Source: Gammaproteobacteria bacterium (GTDB lineage: Bacteria > Pseudomonadota > Gammaproteobacteria > Pseudomonadales > Pseudohongiellaceae). Taken from it: a DNA stretch of 64,000 nt. A program made the position numbers and the translations under genes. This document shows positions 54,233 to 63,156 of the stretch, one piece after another. Positions within the stretch are counted from its first letter, which is position 1, and each line of letters starts with the position of its first letter. The notes beneath the pieces are model-generated. The model saw nothing but the letters and a program-made list of their open reading frames with translations. It had not been told where the DNA came from and made no database searches. The DNA lies in contig JAQWMX010000015.1 of the NCBI GenBank assembly GCA_029246545.1, positions 3,652-67,651 on the forward strand, in the 5' to 3' direction.

Positions 54233-56080
54233 ATGATTGATTTACTTTGGTTAGTCCCGACCATTCCTGTAATCGGATTTTTAATCCTGACCTTAAGCTG
54301 TGGTAAATTATCAGAAGTGCCCGCTGGAATTGTTGGTGCAGGCTCTATTGGCTTATCTTTTCTAGTTACTGTTTTAGTTGGTATCGATTTTATGTCGATG
54401 TCAGAAGCAGGTATTAGTTCTTATTCGCAAAATTTATGGACCTGGATATCCGTTGGTTCTTTTGAAGCCGGTTTCACTCTCTATCTTGATGGTGTTGCTC
54501 TGGTAATGATGTTCATTATCGCTGGCATTGGCTTTCTGATACATGTTTATGCCACTGGCTATATGCATGATGATCCAAGCTTTGCTCGTTTCTTCGCTTA
54601 CATGAATCTTTTTGTTGCGGCGATGTTAATTCTGGTGCTAGCAGACAATCTCTTACTATTATTTATGGGTTGGGAAGGTGTCGGTTTATGTTCCTATCTC
54701 TTAATTGGCTTCTGGTTTAAAGATCCATATAACGGCTACTGTGCACGTAAAGCTTTTGTCGTGACAAGAGTTGGTGATGCGTCTATGGCTCTGGGTTTAT
54801 TCCTGTTATTTGCCAGTTTAGGCACGCTGAATATTCAAGAGCTTATGGTATTGGCTGAAGCAGAATGGGTAGTTGGCAGTGGTATAGCAATAGCCGTCAC
54901 TTTATTGCTGCTCGGTGGAGCTGTTGGTAAATCAGCTCAATTACCATTACAAACCTGGTTGCCTGATGCGATGGCAGGGCCAACACCTATATCTGCATTA
55001 ATCCATGCTGCAACAATGGTTACTGCCGGGGTTTATTTGATTGCGCGTACTCATATACTTTATGAGCTGGCACCGAGTGTGCAATACCTGGTGGGTGTGA
55101 TCGGTATGATCACATTGTTGATGGCGGGTTTTACGGCTCTGGTTCAAAACGATATTAAGAAGGTGCTGGCATTTTCAACGATGAGTCAGATTGGCTACAT
55201 GTTTTTAGCGTTAGGAGTAGGGGCTTATAGCTCGGCCATCTTCCATCTGATGACACATGCCTTCTTCAAGGCCTTACTGTTCCTTACTGCGGGTTCTATT
55301 ATTCTGGCTATGCACCATGAACAAAACATCTTCAAAATGGGCGGTTTACGCAAAGACCTGCCTTGGAGCCACGCTTTATTCTTGATTGGAACTGTTGCCT
55401 TGGTTGCTATTTTTCCAACTTCAGGCTTCTTTAGTAAGGAAGAGATTCTGGCTTCAGCCCTAACCAATGAGCACGGTGGTTATCTGTTATGGCTAGGCGG
55501 CGTTGCTGGTGCCTTTTTAACGGGTTTATACAGCTTCCGTTTATACTTCTTAGTGTTCTTTGGTAAGAAGACGCACGATGGTCATGAAGTCATGGGTTGG
55601 AATTTACAAGGACCATTAGTTGCATTGGCGGTTCTTTCACTGATCGGCGGCTTTATCCATATTCCTGTTGAAGAAGTATTCCATGCTCATGCAGAAGAGC
55701 ATCATGTCTCGCTGTTCTATCAAGCCATCATGATAGGTCTTCCTCTTTTAGGTGTGCTTTGCGCGTATCTGATATTTTTCAAACAAAAACTTGATGTTAA
55801 TAAAATTGCCGGTTCTGGTTTTGGCGCAAAGTTACATCGCTTCTTCTTTACTCAGTGGGGAATGGATTGGTTGTACGACCGCGTTATTGTGTTCCCATAT
55901 GTTGGCTTGGCTAAATTCAACAAGAAAGACTTTATCGATTCTATTTATAGCGGCACAGCTAGTTTGGTTATTTTTATTCATGGTCGTGTTAGTGAAACTC
56001 AGACTGGACAGCTTCGTTGGTACACCATGTCTATGGCCTTAGGCGTTCTCCTAGTAATTAGCATAGGGGTGTGGTCATGA
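54233..56080 (+). CDS. nuoL: NADH-quinone oxidoreductase subunit L
   Basis: 615-aa antiporter-like subunit (GWEGVGLCSYLLIGFW, SAQLPLQTWLPDAMAGPTP) with a C-terminal lateral-helix region. Confidence 0.96.
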   Translation: MIDLLWLVPTIPVIGFLILTLSCGKLSEVPAGIVGAGSIGLSFLVTVLVGIDFMSMSEAGISSYSQNLWTWISVGSFEAGFTLYLDGVALVMMFIIAGIGFLIHVYATGYMHDDPSFARFFAYMNLFVAAMLILVLADNLLLLFMGWEGVGLCSYLLIGFWFKDPYNGYCARKAFVVTRVGDASMALGLFLLFASLGTLNIQELMVLAEAEWVVGSGIAIAVTLLLLGGAVGKSAQLPLQTWLPDAMAGPTPISALIHAATMVTAGVYLIARTHILYELAPSVQYLVGVIGMITLLMAGFTALVQNDIKKVLAFSTMSQIGYMFLALGVGAYSSAIFHLMTHAFFKALLFLTAGSIILAMHHEQNIFKMGGLRKDLPWSHALFLIGTVALVAIFPTSGFFSKEEILASALTNEHGGYLLWLGGVAGAFLTGLYSFRLYFLVFFGKKTHDGHEVMGWNLQGPLVALAVLSLIGGFIHIPVEEVFHAHAEEHHVSLFYQAIMIGLPLLGVLCAYLIFFKQKLDVNKIAGSGFGAKLHRFFFTQWGMDWLYDRVIVFPYVGLAKFNKKDFIDSIYSGTASLVIFIHGRVSETQTGQLRWYTMSMALGVLLVISIGVWS

Positions 56081-57564
56081 TATTAGTTTGGCTTATGTTA
56101 ATTTTATTCGTTGGCGGCATTGCTGCATGGCTTTCAGAAAGCCGTGGATCGGATGTTCCTAGAGTTATTGCTTTAGTTGCTATTTTATTAGACCTGGCTT
56201 TAGTTATTTTGATGCTAGTGGCGCCAGAAATACTAGGCTTAACATCAATTGATAACGGCCATGGTGAATGGTTAGTGCTGTTCGAAGCAGATTGGATTCC
56301 ACGTTTTGGTATTAGCTTTATCTTTGGTGTCGATGGTCTTTCACTTTTACTAATCGGCTTAACAGTATTCTTAGGAGTCATATCTATTGGCTCTGCTTGG
56401 CATGAAATTAAAGAACGTTCTGGTTTCTTCTATTTTAATTTATTGTGGACCTTGGCTGGTGTAATTGGTGTATTCACCGCACTAGATTTGTTTCTGTTCT
56501 TCTTTTTCTGGGAAGTCATGTTGATTCCGATGTATTTCATCATCGCGATTTGGGGGCATGAAAATAAAGAATATGCCGCCATGAAATTTTTTATTTTTAC
56601 CCAGGTTAGTGGGCTAATAATGCTCTTGTCGATATTAGTTTTAGTGTTTTTTAATTATCAGACTAATGGAGTGTTGACCTTTAGTTATTTTGAGTTGCTT
56701 GGTAATGGTTTAGCAGGCGAGATAGGCATGTTAGTTATGTTGGGTTTCTTCATCGCCTTTGCAACCAAGTTGCCAGCTGTACCGATACATAACTGGTTGC
56801 CTGATGCGCATTCACAAGCGCCTACTGCTGGTTCGGTTATTCTGGCTGGTATTCTCTTGAAAACTGGCGCTTATGGTTTGATTCGTTTTACAGTGCCTTT
56901 ATTCCCAGAACCTTCACAAGTTTTTACACCAATAGCGATGACCCTTGGTGTTGTCAGCATACTTTATACGGCCAAGGTAGCTTTCGCTCAGACGGACTTA
57001 AAACGTTTAATTGCTTATACCTCAGTTAGTCACATGGGATTTGTGCTCTTGGGTGTATATTCCTGGAATGCTCAAGCATTACAAGGCGCGATTATGACTA
57101 TGCTGGCGCATGGATTTAGTGCCGCTGCATTATTTATGCTGGCTGGTGGTTTACAACACCGTATTCATACGCGAGATATGGATAAGATGGGCGGCTTATG
57201 GTCTGTAGCGCCGAAAATGTCATTCATGGCCTTGTTCTTCACTGTCGCAGCTGTAGGCATGCCGGGTCTAGGGAATTTCATTGGCGAGTTCTTGGTCTTG
57301 CTGGGTAGTTTTCAGGTTAGTGTTACAACCACAGCCTTTGCTGCATTAGGTTTGGTTGTTGCTGCGGTTTATTCACTGATCGTGATACAAAAAGTATTTC
57401 ACGGTGAAAATACGAACAATTATGAAATTGAAGATCTTACTTTTATTGAAATGGCCTGTTTCGCTTTAATGATGATAGGTCTGTTATGGATGGGGTTATA
57501 TCCGCAAACTATGCTTGATATGGCCGAACCGACACTCAGAAGTCTCGGTGTCGCTTTCCCTTAA
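56071..57564 (+). CDS. nuoM: NADH-quinone oxidoreductase subunit M
   Basis: Antiporter-like subunit (FFFFWEVMLIPMYF, KLPAVPIHNWLPDAHSQAPTAGS). Confidence 0.96.
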   Translation: MVMILVWLMLILFVGGIAAWLSESRGSDVPRVIALVAILLDLALVILMLVAPEILGLTSIDNGHGEWLVLFEADWIPRFGISFIFGVDGLSLLLIGLTVFLGVISIGSAWHEIKERSGFFYFNLLWTLAGVIGVFTALDLFLFFFFWEVMLIPMYFIIAIWGHENKEYAAMKFFIFTQVSGLIMLLSILVLVFFNYQTNGVLTFSYFELLGNGLAGEIGMLVMLGFFIAFATKLPAVPIHNWLPDAHSQAPTAGSVILAGILLKTGAYGLIRFTVPLFPEPSQVFTPIAMTLGVVSILYTAKVAFAQTDLKRLIAYTSVSHMGFVLLGVYSWNAQALQGAIMTMLAHGFSAAALFMLAGGLQHRIHTRDMDKMGGLWSVAPKMSFMALFFTVAAVGMPGLGNFIGEFLVLLGSFQVSVTTTAFAALGLVVAAVYSLIVIQKVFHGENTNNYEIEDLTFIEMACFALMMIGLLWMGLYPQTMLDMAEPTLRSLGVAFP

Positions 57565-57582
57565 AGATGGTACAACAACGAA

Positions 57583-59049
57583 ATGAGTACTGACGTTCTT
57601 ATAGATTTACTGCAAGTTATTTTGCTGACACTGACTACAGTAGTTGTCATGTTGGTCGCTGGTTTCAAACGCGAGCATGGTTTAGTAAATATACTTACTA
57701 GCGCCGGTCTCGCTGCCTCTTTATTGGTCTTTGTCTTTATTGATCCAGTATTACCCTTGCAAGCAACCGAGCTTTTATATTTTGATGAATACAGTCTGTT
57801 CTTCTCTGGCTTAATAATATTTGGTGCATTGGTAGTTAGTATTCTAGCGTATCCTTATTTTGAGTCGCACAATAAGCTTAACGAAGAGTTTTATATCTTG
57901 TTGATGACAGCAACGCTTGGCGCAGTTGTTCTAGCGTGTAGCACACATTTCGTCAGCTTCTTTATTGGCATGGAGATGCTGGGAATTAGTCTCTATGCCA
58001 TGATTGCTTATCCTGTGCATGCTGATAAAGCAGCAAAATTTCCACTCGAAGCAGCACTTAAATATTTGATTATGTCTGGTTTGGCATCAGGCTTGATCTT
58101 ATTTGGTATTGCCTTGTTATATGCCTTAACCGGAACCATGTTCTTCTCAGATCTGGCACCTGCGATAGAAGCTCAAGATGTAGCTTCTAGCCCTGTGTTA
58201 ATGACTGGTTGGCTGATGATTATTGGTGGTATCGCATTTAAACTTTCTTTGGTGCCATTTCATATTTGGACACCCGATGTTTATGAAGGCGCACCAGTGC
58301 CAGTGACTGCATTCTTAGCTACAGTATCTAAAGCGGCCATGTTAGCTGTTACCTTACGTTTGTTACTTGTTTCAGATGCCTTTCAATATGATGCCTTAAT
58401 GTTAGTGCTGACCGTTATGGCTGCTGCATCGATGATGCTAGGAAACTTCTTAGCGCTATTACAGGCTAATGTGAAAAGGCTGTTTGCTTATTCATCAATC
58501 GCACACTTAGGCTATTTACTCGTCGTTATTATTGCAGCTGCTAGCGTTCCAGGCATGTTGAGTGTCGAAAGCATGAGCTTCTATGTTGCGGCTTATTTCA
58601 TTATGTCACTAGGTGGGTTTGCTGTTATCAGTGCACTTTCTAACTCGGGTAAAGAGCTTGATATGATTAATGATTATCAAGGCCTGTTTTGGCGTAATCC
58701 TTGGTTGGCGGCTGTAATGATTACAGTTTTATTTTCGCTAGCGGGAATACCATTAACAGCTGGCTTTATTGGTAAATTCTATGTATTTACCAGTGGTGTA
58801 GAGGGCTCGTTATGGTTCTTACTCACTATGCTTATTATTGGCAGTGCTATTGGCCTTTATTATTACTTGCGTATTATTTACGCCATATTGCAGCCAATTA
58901 AAAAGGTTTCAAAACAAGATCCTGCCAGCAAAGCTATTCCTTTCGGAACCAATGCGGTTCTTGCAATTACGACTATATTTGTTATTTATTTGGGTGTGTA
59001 TCCAATGCCTATGATAGAAATACTGCAATCTCTCGCAGCTAGCTTTTAA
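57583..59049 (+). CDS. nuoN: NADH-quinone oxidoreductase subunit N
   Basis: Antiporter-like subunit (FKLSLVPFHIWTPDVYEGAP). Last gene of the operon. Confidence 0.95.
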   Translation: MSTDVLIDLLQVILLTLTTVVVMLVAGFKREHGLVNILTSAGLAASLLVFVFIDPVLPLQATELLYFDEYSLFFSGLIIFGALVVSILAYPYFESHNKLNEEFYILLMTATLGAVVLACSTHFVSFFIGMEMLGISLYAMIAYPVHADKAAKFPLEAALKYLIMSGLASGLILFGIALLYALTGTMFFSDLAPAIEAQDVASSPVLMTGWLMIIGGIAFKLSLVPFHIWTPDVYEGAPVPVTAFLATVSKAAMLAVTLRLLLVSDAFQYDALMLVLTVMAAASMMLGNFLALLQANVKRLFAYSSIAHLGYLLVVIIAAASVPGMLSVESMSFYVAAYFIMSLGGFAVISALSNSGKELDMINDYQGLFWRNPWLAAVMITVLFSLAGIPLTAGFIGKFYVFTSGVEGSLWFLLTMLIIGSAIGLYYYLRIIYAILQPIKKVSKQDPASKAIPFGTNAVLAITTIFVIYLGVYPMPMIEILQSLAASF

Positions 59050-59118
59050 ACGGCTTTTTAGAGAGTTTCAAAACAATGTTATTATGCTTTTTTCTAAATT
59101 TAATTCTAAGGAAATCAT

Positions 59119-59568
59119 ATGAAATCAAATTCTTTTTTGTTCAGTTTGTTGTTTATTTGTTTATCTCTCACAAACATAGCGCTGGCTGATACTGAATACT
59201 TAATCGCGGATGATGCCAGTATGGCTGACTTGCCTTTTTCTCAAGCGGTGAGAGTCGATAACATGCTTTATTTATCTGGCATGCTTGGAACTATTCCAGG
59301 GTCATTAGAGTTGGCGTCCGGTGGTATAGAAGGTCAAACTCGTCAAACCATGGATAACATTAGCGTATTGTTGCAAAAACATGGCTCATCTATGTACAAG
59401 ATTGTTAAATGTCTGGTCATGATCGATGACATGCAAGAATGGCCCAGGATGAACGCTGTTTATGTCACTTATTTTGATGGTCATAAGCCTGCACGCAGTG
59501 CCTTTGGAGCCGATGGTTTAGCCTTGGGCGCTAAGCTAGAAATTGAATGCATGGCTACTATAGATTAA
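59119..59568 (+). CDS. RidA/YjgF-family (reactive intermediate deaminase-like) protein with N-terminal signal peptide
   Basis: Signal peptide FLFSLLFICLSLTNIALA-DT, then a YjgF fold signature (MLYLSG...GGIEGQTRQTMDNISVLLQKHG...PARSAFGADGLALGAKLEIECMA). Confidence 0.8.
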   Translation: MKSNSFLFSLLFICLSLTNIALADTEYLIADDASMADLPFSQAVRVDNMLYLSGMLGTIPGSLELASGGIEGQTRQTMDNISVLLQKHGSSMYKIVKCLVMIDDMQEWPRMNAVYVTYFDGHKPARSAFGADGLALGAKLEIECMATID

Positions 59569-59714
59569 ATCTCTTTTGCTCCTGGCTCTTTAATAAAAGC
59601 CAGGGGCTGGATGGAAACTACATCGCGCCTTCATTGCTTTCACTCAATAATAGGTACCCAATCAATTCCTTCTTTAATAAACGATACTTCGTAAATTTTC
59701 TTATTTTTCGTCAC

Positions 59715-59733
59715 TTTAGCTTGCAAAGCTAAA
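59715..59733. repeat. 19-bp palindrome TTTAGCTT-gca-AAGCTAAA about 140 bp upstream of the recombinase gene
   Basis: Read directly: 8-bp perfect arms around a 3-nt centre. Confidence 0.7.
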
Positions 59734-59871
59734 CTCAGAGTGATAAAAAAGCACACTATCGTTTGTACAGAGACACAACAAAACAATAAAAAACAACAAG
59801 TTGAATAGCTTATCTAATTGAAAGCTGAAGAAAAATATAAAAATAAAAGCTAAAATCTCAGGGAAATAATC

Positions 59872-60579
59872 ATGTCTGTATATAGCTATACCCGAACTTC
59901 TACAGTAGAAGAACGAGATGATAAAAATCTTGAAAGCTTATTGGAACAGGAAAATCTTCGCTTACAAACCTATGCTCTTGGTCATGGCATACATATCAAT
60001 AATAGTTTTGTAGACAGCGACCTAAAGTGGTCAGTTGAATTTTCAAAACGCGATAAAACTAAACAAATGCTAGAAATACTAGAACCGGGCGATGTGATAC
60101 TTAGTTGTTCAATCGAACGTATCTTTAGTAGTTGCGAGGATATGCAGGCAAGCCTGAAGTTGTTCAAAGAAAAGAAGGTTCGATTATTTATTCTTGAGCT
60201 CAGTGGTGAAGTGACAGCAGCTGAATTTAGTCCTTCGTTCAATCGCTTGTTGGATGTTTTTTATAGCTTAGAAAAACGCAGATCAACAGAGCGCATAAAA
60301 ACAGTTAAACAAAACCAGCGTGACAAGGGTCGATTTCTTGGTGGCAGTCGGCCATTTGGTTATATGATTCATTCCAATGGCCGTCTTATTGAAAACCCTA
60401 TGGAACAAAGGGTATTAAAGAAGATTATAAAAATGAAGAAAGATGGTGAATCTTTACGTACTATTTCTTCCGAGGTGAGTACGCCTATGGTGCCAATTTC
60501 TTTTAAGACCGTTCAACGTCTCCTCAAAAAGAATGAATCCAATACAAATAGAGATAACGCTGAGAAGCTTTCGATTTAG
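59872..60579 (+). CDS. Small serine recombinase (resolvase/invertase family), divergent active site
   Basis: N-terminal YSYTRTST aligns with the Y-x-R-V-S-T nucleophile motif. GDVILSCSIERIFSS aligns with GD.L.V..LDRLGR. The aE-helix-like LEKRRSTERIK is followed by KGRFLGGSRPFGY. C-terminal HTH-like SLRTISSEV...SFKTVQRLLKK. Confidence 0.75.
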   Translation: MSVYSYTRTSTVEERDDKNLESLLEQENLRLQTYALGHGIHINNSFVDSDLKWSVEFSKRDKTKQMLEILEPGDVILSCSIERIFSSCEDMQASLKLFKEKKVRLFILELSGEVTAAEFSPSFNRLLDVFYSLEKRRSTERIKTVKQNQRDKGRFLGGSRPFGYMIHSNGRLIENPMEQRVLKKIIKMKKDGESLRTISSEVSTPMVPISFKTVQRLLKKNESNTNRDNAEKLSI

Positions 60580-60605
60580 ATCTTAAATCTTTACTTAGTC
60601 CTATC

Positions 60606-61097
60606 TTATGCGCCAGGCTGAGTTAAAGCTCGTTTCCGCATCCGCTTAATGTAGCTCAATATCTTTGATTCTTCCCTAAGCGAAAATATTTTCGCTCCAG
60701 CTTGAAAATACTCTTTTAGAGCATCCTGTAAATACAACTCAGTATCAGAATCTGGCATGGACTGACGTTCCATACAAATATTGTGCAAATACACACGGAC
60801 ACAAAGATAGACTTTATTGTAATCAGATAAGGTTTTAACATCAGGGTCAGAACTCACTGTTGTTTCAACTAAATCTCTAAAGCGCAGATATATCTTGATC
60901 ATTGTTTTTTGAGATGAAAATATAGGCGGGTTTTCACTAGCATAGTAAATTGAAGAAATATAAGCCTCTAGATCAATTTCTTGAAATTGCGCTGCATCGA
61001 AAACTGATTTAAAAACCAACTTCCTAAACTCTTGATGCTGCCGTTGAGGGAATTCAACAAGTTCTACCATGGTTAAGATTGTTCCTAATATAAGCAT
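60606..61097 (-). CDS. Hypothetical protein, no family recognised
   Basis: 163-aa ORF (154 aa if it starts at the Met at 61070, which has an AGGA 12 nt upstream). Convergent with the recombinase at 26 bp. Predicted mostly helical, with no TM segment or signal peptide visible. Confidence 0.5.
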   Translation of the reverse strand: MLILGTILTMVELVEFPQRQHQEFRKLVFKSVFDAAQFQEIDLEAYISSIYYASENPPIFSSQKTMIKIYLRFRDLVETTVSSDPDVKTLSDYNKVYLCVRVYLHNICMERQSMPDSDTELYLQDALKEYFQAGAKIFSLREESKILSYIKRMRKRALTQPGA

Positions 61098-61222
61098 CTA
61101 GCTTCAGTATAGTAATTTTCCCGCTTTTTACCTTTTGTTCATTCAGATGCCAGCTTCCTTGACCTGTCAGCATCATGCCTGCAAAATTGCAGCATGCTTT
61201 TATCTGAGCGCAGTTATCAAGA

Positions 61223-62473
61223 ATGTTGAAAACCATGCCTTTATTCATAGGCCTCCGTTACATACTCTCAAAGAAAGATAACCGTGTTATTTCTTTCACC
61301 TCTTTAGTATCGATGGCTGGGTTAACGCTTGGAGTATTGGTCATAGTCATTGTGTTGGCAGTCTTCAACGGTGCGCAAGGAGAGCAAAGAGAACGCACTC
61401 TAATTACAGTGCCACACGCTGATATATACGCTGAGGGTGATTTTCCACAATGGCAGCAAGCAGCTAGTCTTTTAACTCAGCAAGAAGGTGTTGAGAGTGT
61501 TTCAGCCTATATAACTCTTGAAGCTATGCTTAGTAAAAATGGCATACATCAAGTGACAGAGGTTAAAGGCATTGTTCCAGAAGCAGAAGCACAAACCTCC
61601 GACATAGAAGACAGCATGATACAAGGCAGCTTAAGCGCATTACTTCCAGGAGAACGCGGTATTGTTCTGGGACGTAGACTTGCTAATTCATTGCGTTTAC
61701 TTCCCGGTGATGCGGTAAATCTTATTGTCCCTGAGTTGACGGGAAGCTCTGCTCGTTTACAGCTCAATATGCACACCTTTACAGTAGTCGGCATTTTTGA
61801 TGTGCAATTTAGTATTGGTTCTGAGCTTGCATTGATCCATCTAGATGATAGCGCTGAGTTGCTTAATATAAACAGTATTGATGAAGCTGTGCATTTACGC
61901 TTAAAAATTGATGATATTTTCAGTGCTGCTGATCTAGTGACTGCAAATTTAGAATTACTAGAAAATGAATTGCCTGGCACAGATTATCGAGGAGAAGATT
62001 GGAGTATCAGCGAAGCTAGCTTGTTCAATGCTCTAAAAATGGAAAAGATTATGACCTGGTTTATGTTAATGATGATCGTGGCGATAGGTGCGTTCAATAT
62101 CATTTCTACACTGGTGATGGTTGTTTCGGAGAAGAAAGCCGACATAGCAATTCTACGTACGATGGGTGCAGGTGAAAGGACGGTAATGGCAATTTTTATG
62201 GTGCAGGGAATCTTAGTTGGGGTAAGTGGCACATTATTAGGCGCAGGATTAGGCCTTTTTATTGCGTCTAATTTTAATATTGTAGGAGAGCTACTTGAAC
62301 TCTTATTTATTCCTGACGGCATGTTTATGCTAAGTATTATTGAGACTGATATTCAAAGTAGTGATGTGATAATTACTTGTTTATTTGCCTTGCTTATTTC
62401 TTTTTTAGCGACACTTTATCCAGCCTGGAAAGCGTCACGTATACACCCAGCGGAAGTCTTACGATATGAGTAA
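61223..62473 (+). CDS. lolC: Lipoprotein-releasing system transmembrane subunit LolC
   Basis: MPLFIGLRYILSKK... resembles the E. coli LolC N-terminus. MacB-like periplasmic domain and C-terminal FtsX domain. Precedes lolD. Confidence 0.9.
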   Translation: MLKTMPLFIGLRYILSKKDNRVISFTSLVSMAGLTLGVLVIVIVLAVFNGAQGEQRERTLITVPHADIYAEGDFPQWQQAASLLTQQEGVESVSAYITLEAMLSKNGIHQVTEVKGIVPEAEAQTSDIEDSMIQGSLSALLPGERGIVLGRRLANSLRLLPGDAVNLIVPELTGSSARLQLNMHTFTVVGIFDVQFSIGSELALIHLDDSAELLNINSIDEAVHLRLKIDDIFSAADLVTANLELLENELPGTDYRGEDWSISEASLFNALKMEKIMTWFMLMMIVAIGAFNIISTLVMVVSEKKADIAILRTMGAGERTVMAIFMVQGILVGVSGTLLGAGLGLFIASNFNIVGELLELLFIPDGMFMLSIIETDIQSSDVIITCLFALLISFLATLYPAWKASRIHPAEVLRYE

Positions 62474-63155
62474 AGTGATACTGCAATGCAGTAAGTTAAG
62501 CAAAATATTCGAACAAGGTGGACATGAATTAATTGTTCTCCAGGACTTAGAGTTTTCATTAAATCAGGGTGAGAGCGTTGCGATTATAGGAGCGTCCGGT
62601 TCTGGTAAAACAACTTTGCTTAATTTACTTGGTGGCTTGGACAAGCCAACTACGGGCACTGTGTTTATTAACGAGCAGGATGTTTGTCTCTTAAATAATA
62701 AAGCTCAAGATCAATTACGCAATCGTACTTTGGGTTTTGTTTACCAATTCCATCATTTGCTCGGTGAATTTACTGCTCAAGAAAATGTAGCGATGCCTTT
62801 AATCATTGCTAAACAACCTTTTGAGAAGGCAATGCAAAAAGCTGCCGATATGTTAGATCAAGTTGGTCTAGCAGAAAGACTTACTCATAAGCCTTCTCAG
62901 CTTTCTGGAGGTGAACGGCAACGCGTGGCTATTGCCAGAGCCTTGGTGCATAACCCAGCTTGTATTTTGATGGATGAACCAACCGGAAATCTTGATCGAA
63001 ATACAGCTAAAAGTATTCAAAAGCTTATGTTGGAGTTGAAGCAAACCTTCACTAGCAGTTTTGTTATTGTTACTCATGATCAAGAACTTGCCGATCAATT
63101 AGATCGTCGGCTTGAATTGCGAGATGGCAAGCTTGTTGAGCAGGTAGCCACTTAA
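62466..63155 (+). CDS. lolD: Lipoprotein-releasing system ATP-binding protein LolD
   Basis: Walker [10 protein letters not shown], signature LSGGERQR, Walker [12 protein letters not shown]. 8-nt overlap with lolC. Confidence 0.95.
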   Translation: MSKVILQCSKLSKIFEQGGHELIVLQDLEFSLNQGESVAIIGASGSGKTTLLNLLGGLDKPTTGTVFINEQDVCLLNNKAQDQLRNRTLGFVYQFHHLLGEFTAQENVAMPLIIAKQPFEKAMQKAADMLDQVGLAERLTHKPSQLSGGERQRVAIARALVHNPACILMDEPTGNLDRNTAKSIQKLMLELKQTFTSSFVIVTHDQELADQLDRRLELRDGKLVEQVAT

Positions 63156-63156
63156 G

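Noticed and set aside
59565-60590. Direct repeat TTAAATCT at 59565-59572 (just after the ridA stop region) and 60583-60590 (just after the recombinase stop), a possible att core or target-site duplication around the recombinase gene.
   Set aside because: It is only 8 bp of exact identity in very AT-rich DNA, which is expected by chance at roughly the 10 percent level or higher by my rough estimate. It would also exclude the convergent ORF from the element.
61054-61248. 64-aa minus-strand ORF preceded by GGAGG and overlapping the lolC start and the N-terminus of the 163-aa ORF.
   Set aside because: The GGAGG is only 3 nt from the ATG and lies inside lolC coding sequence (the IGLRY codons on the other strand). 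The ORF overlaps two better-supported genes.
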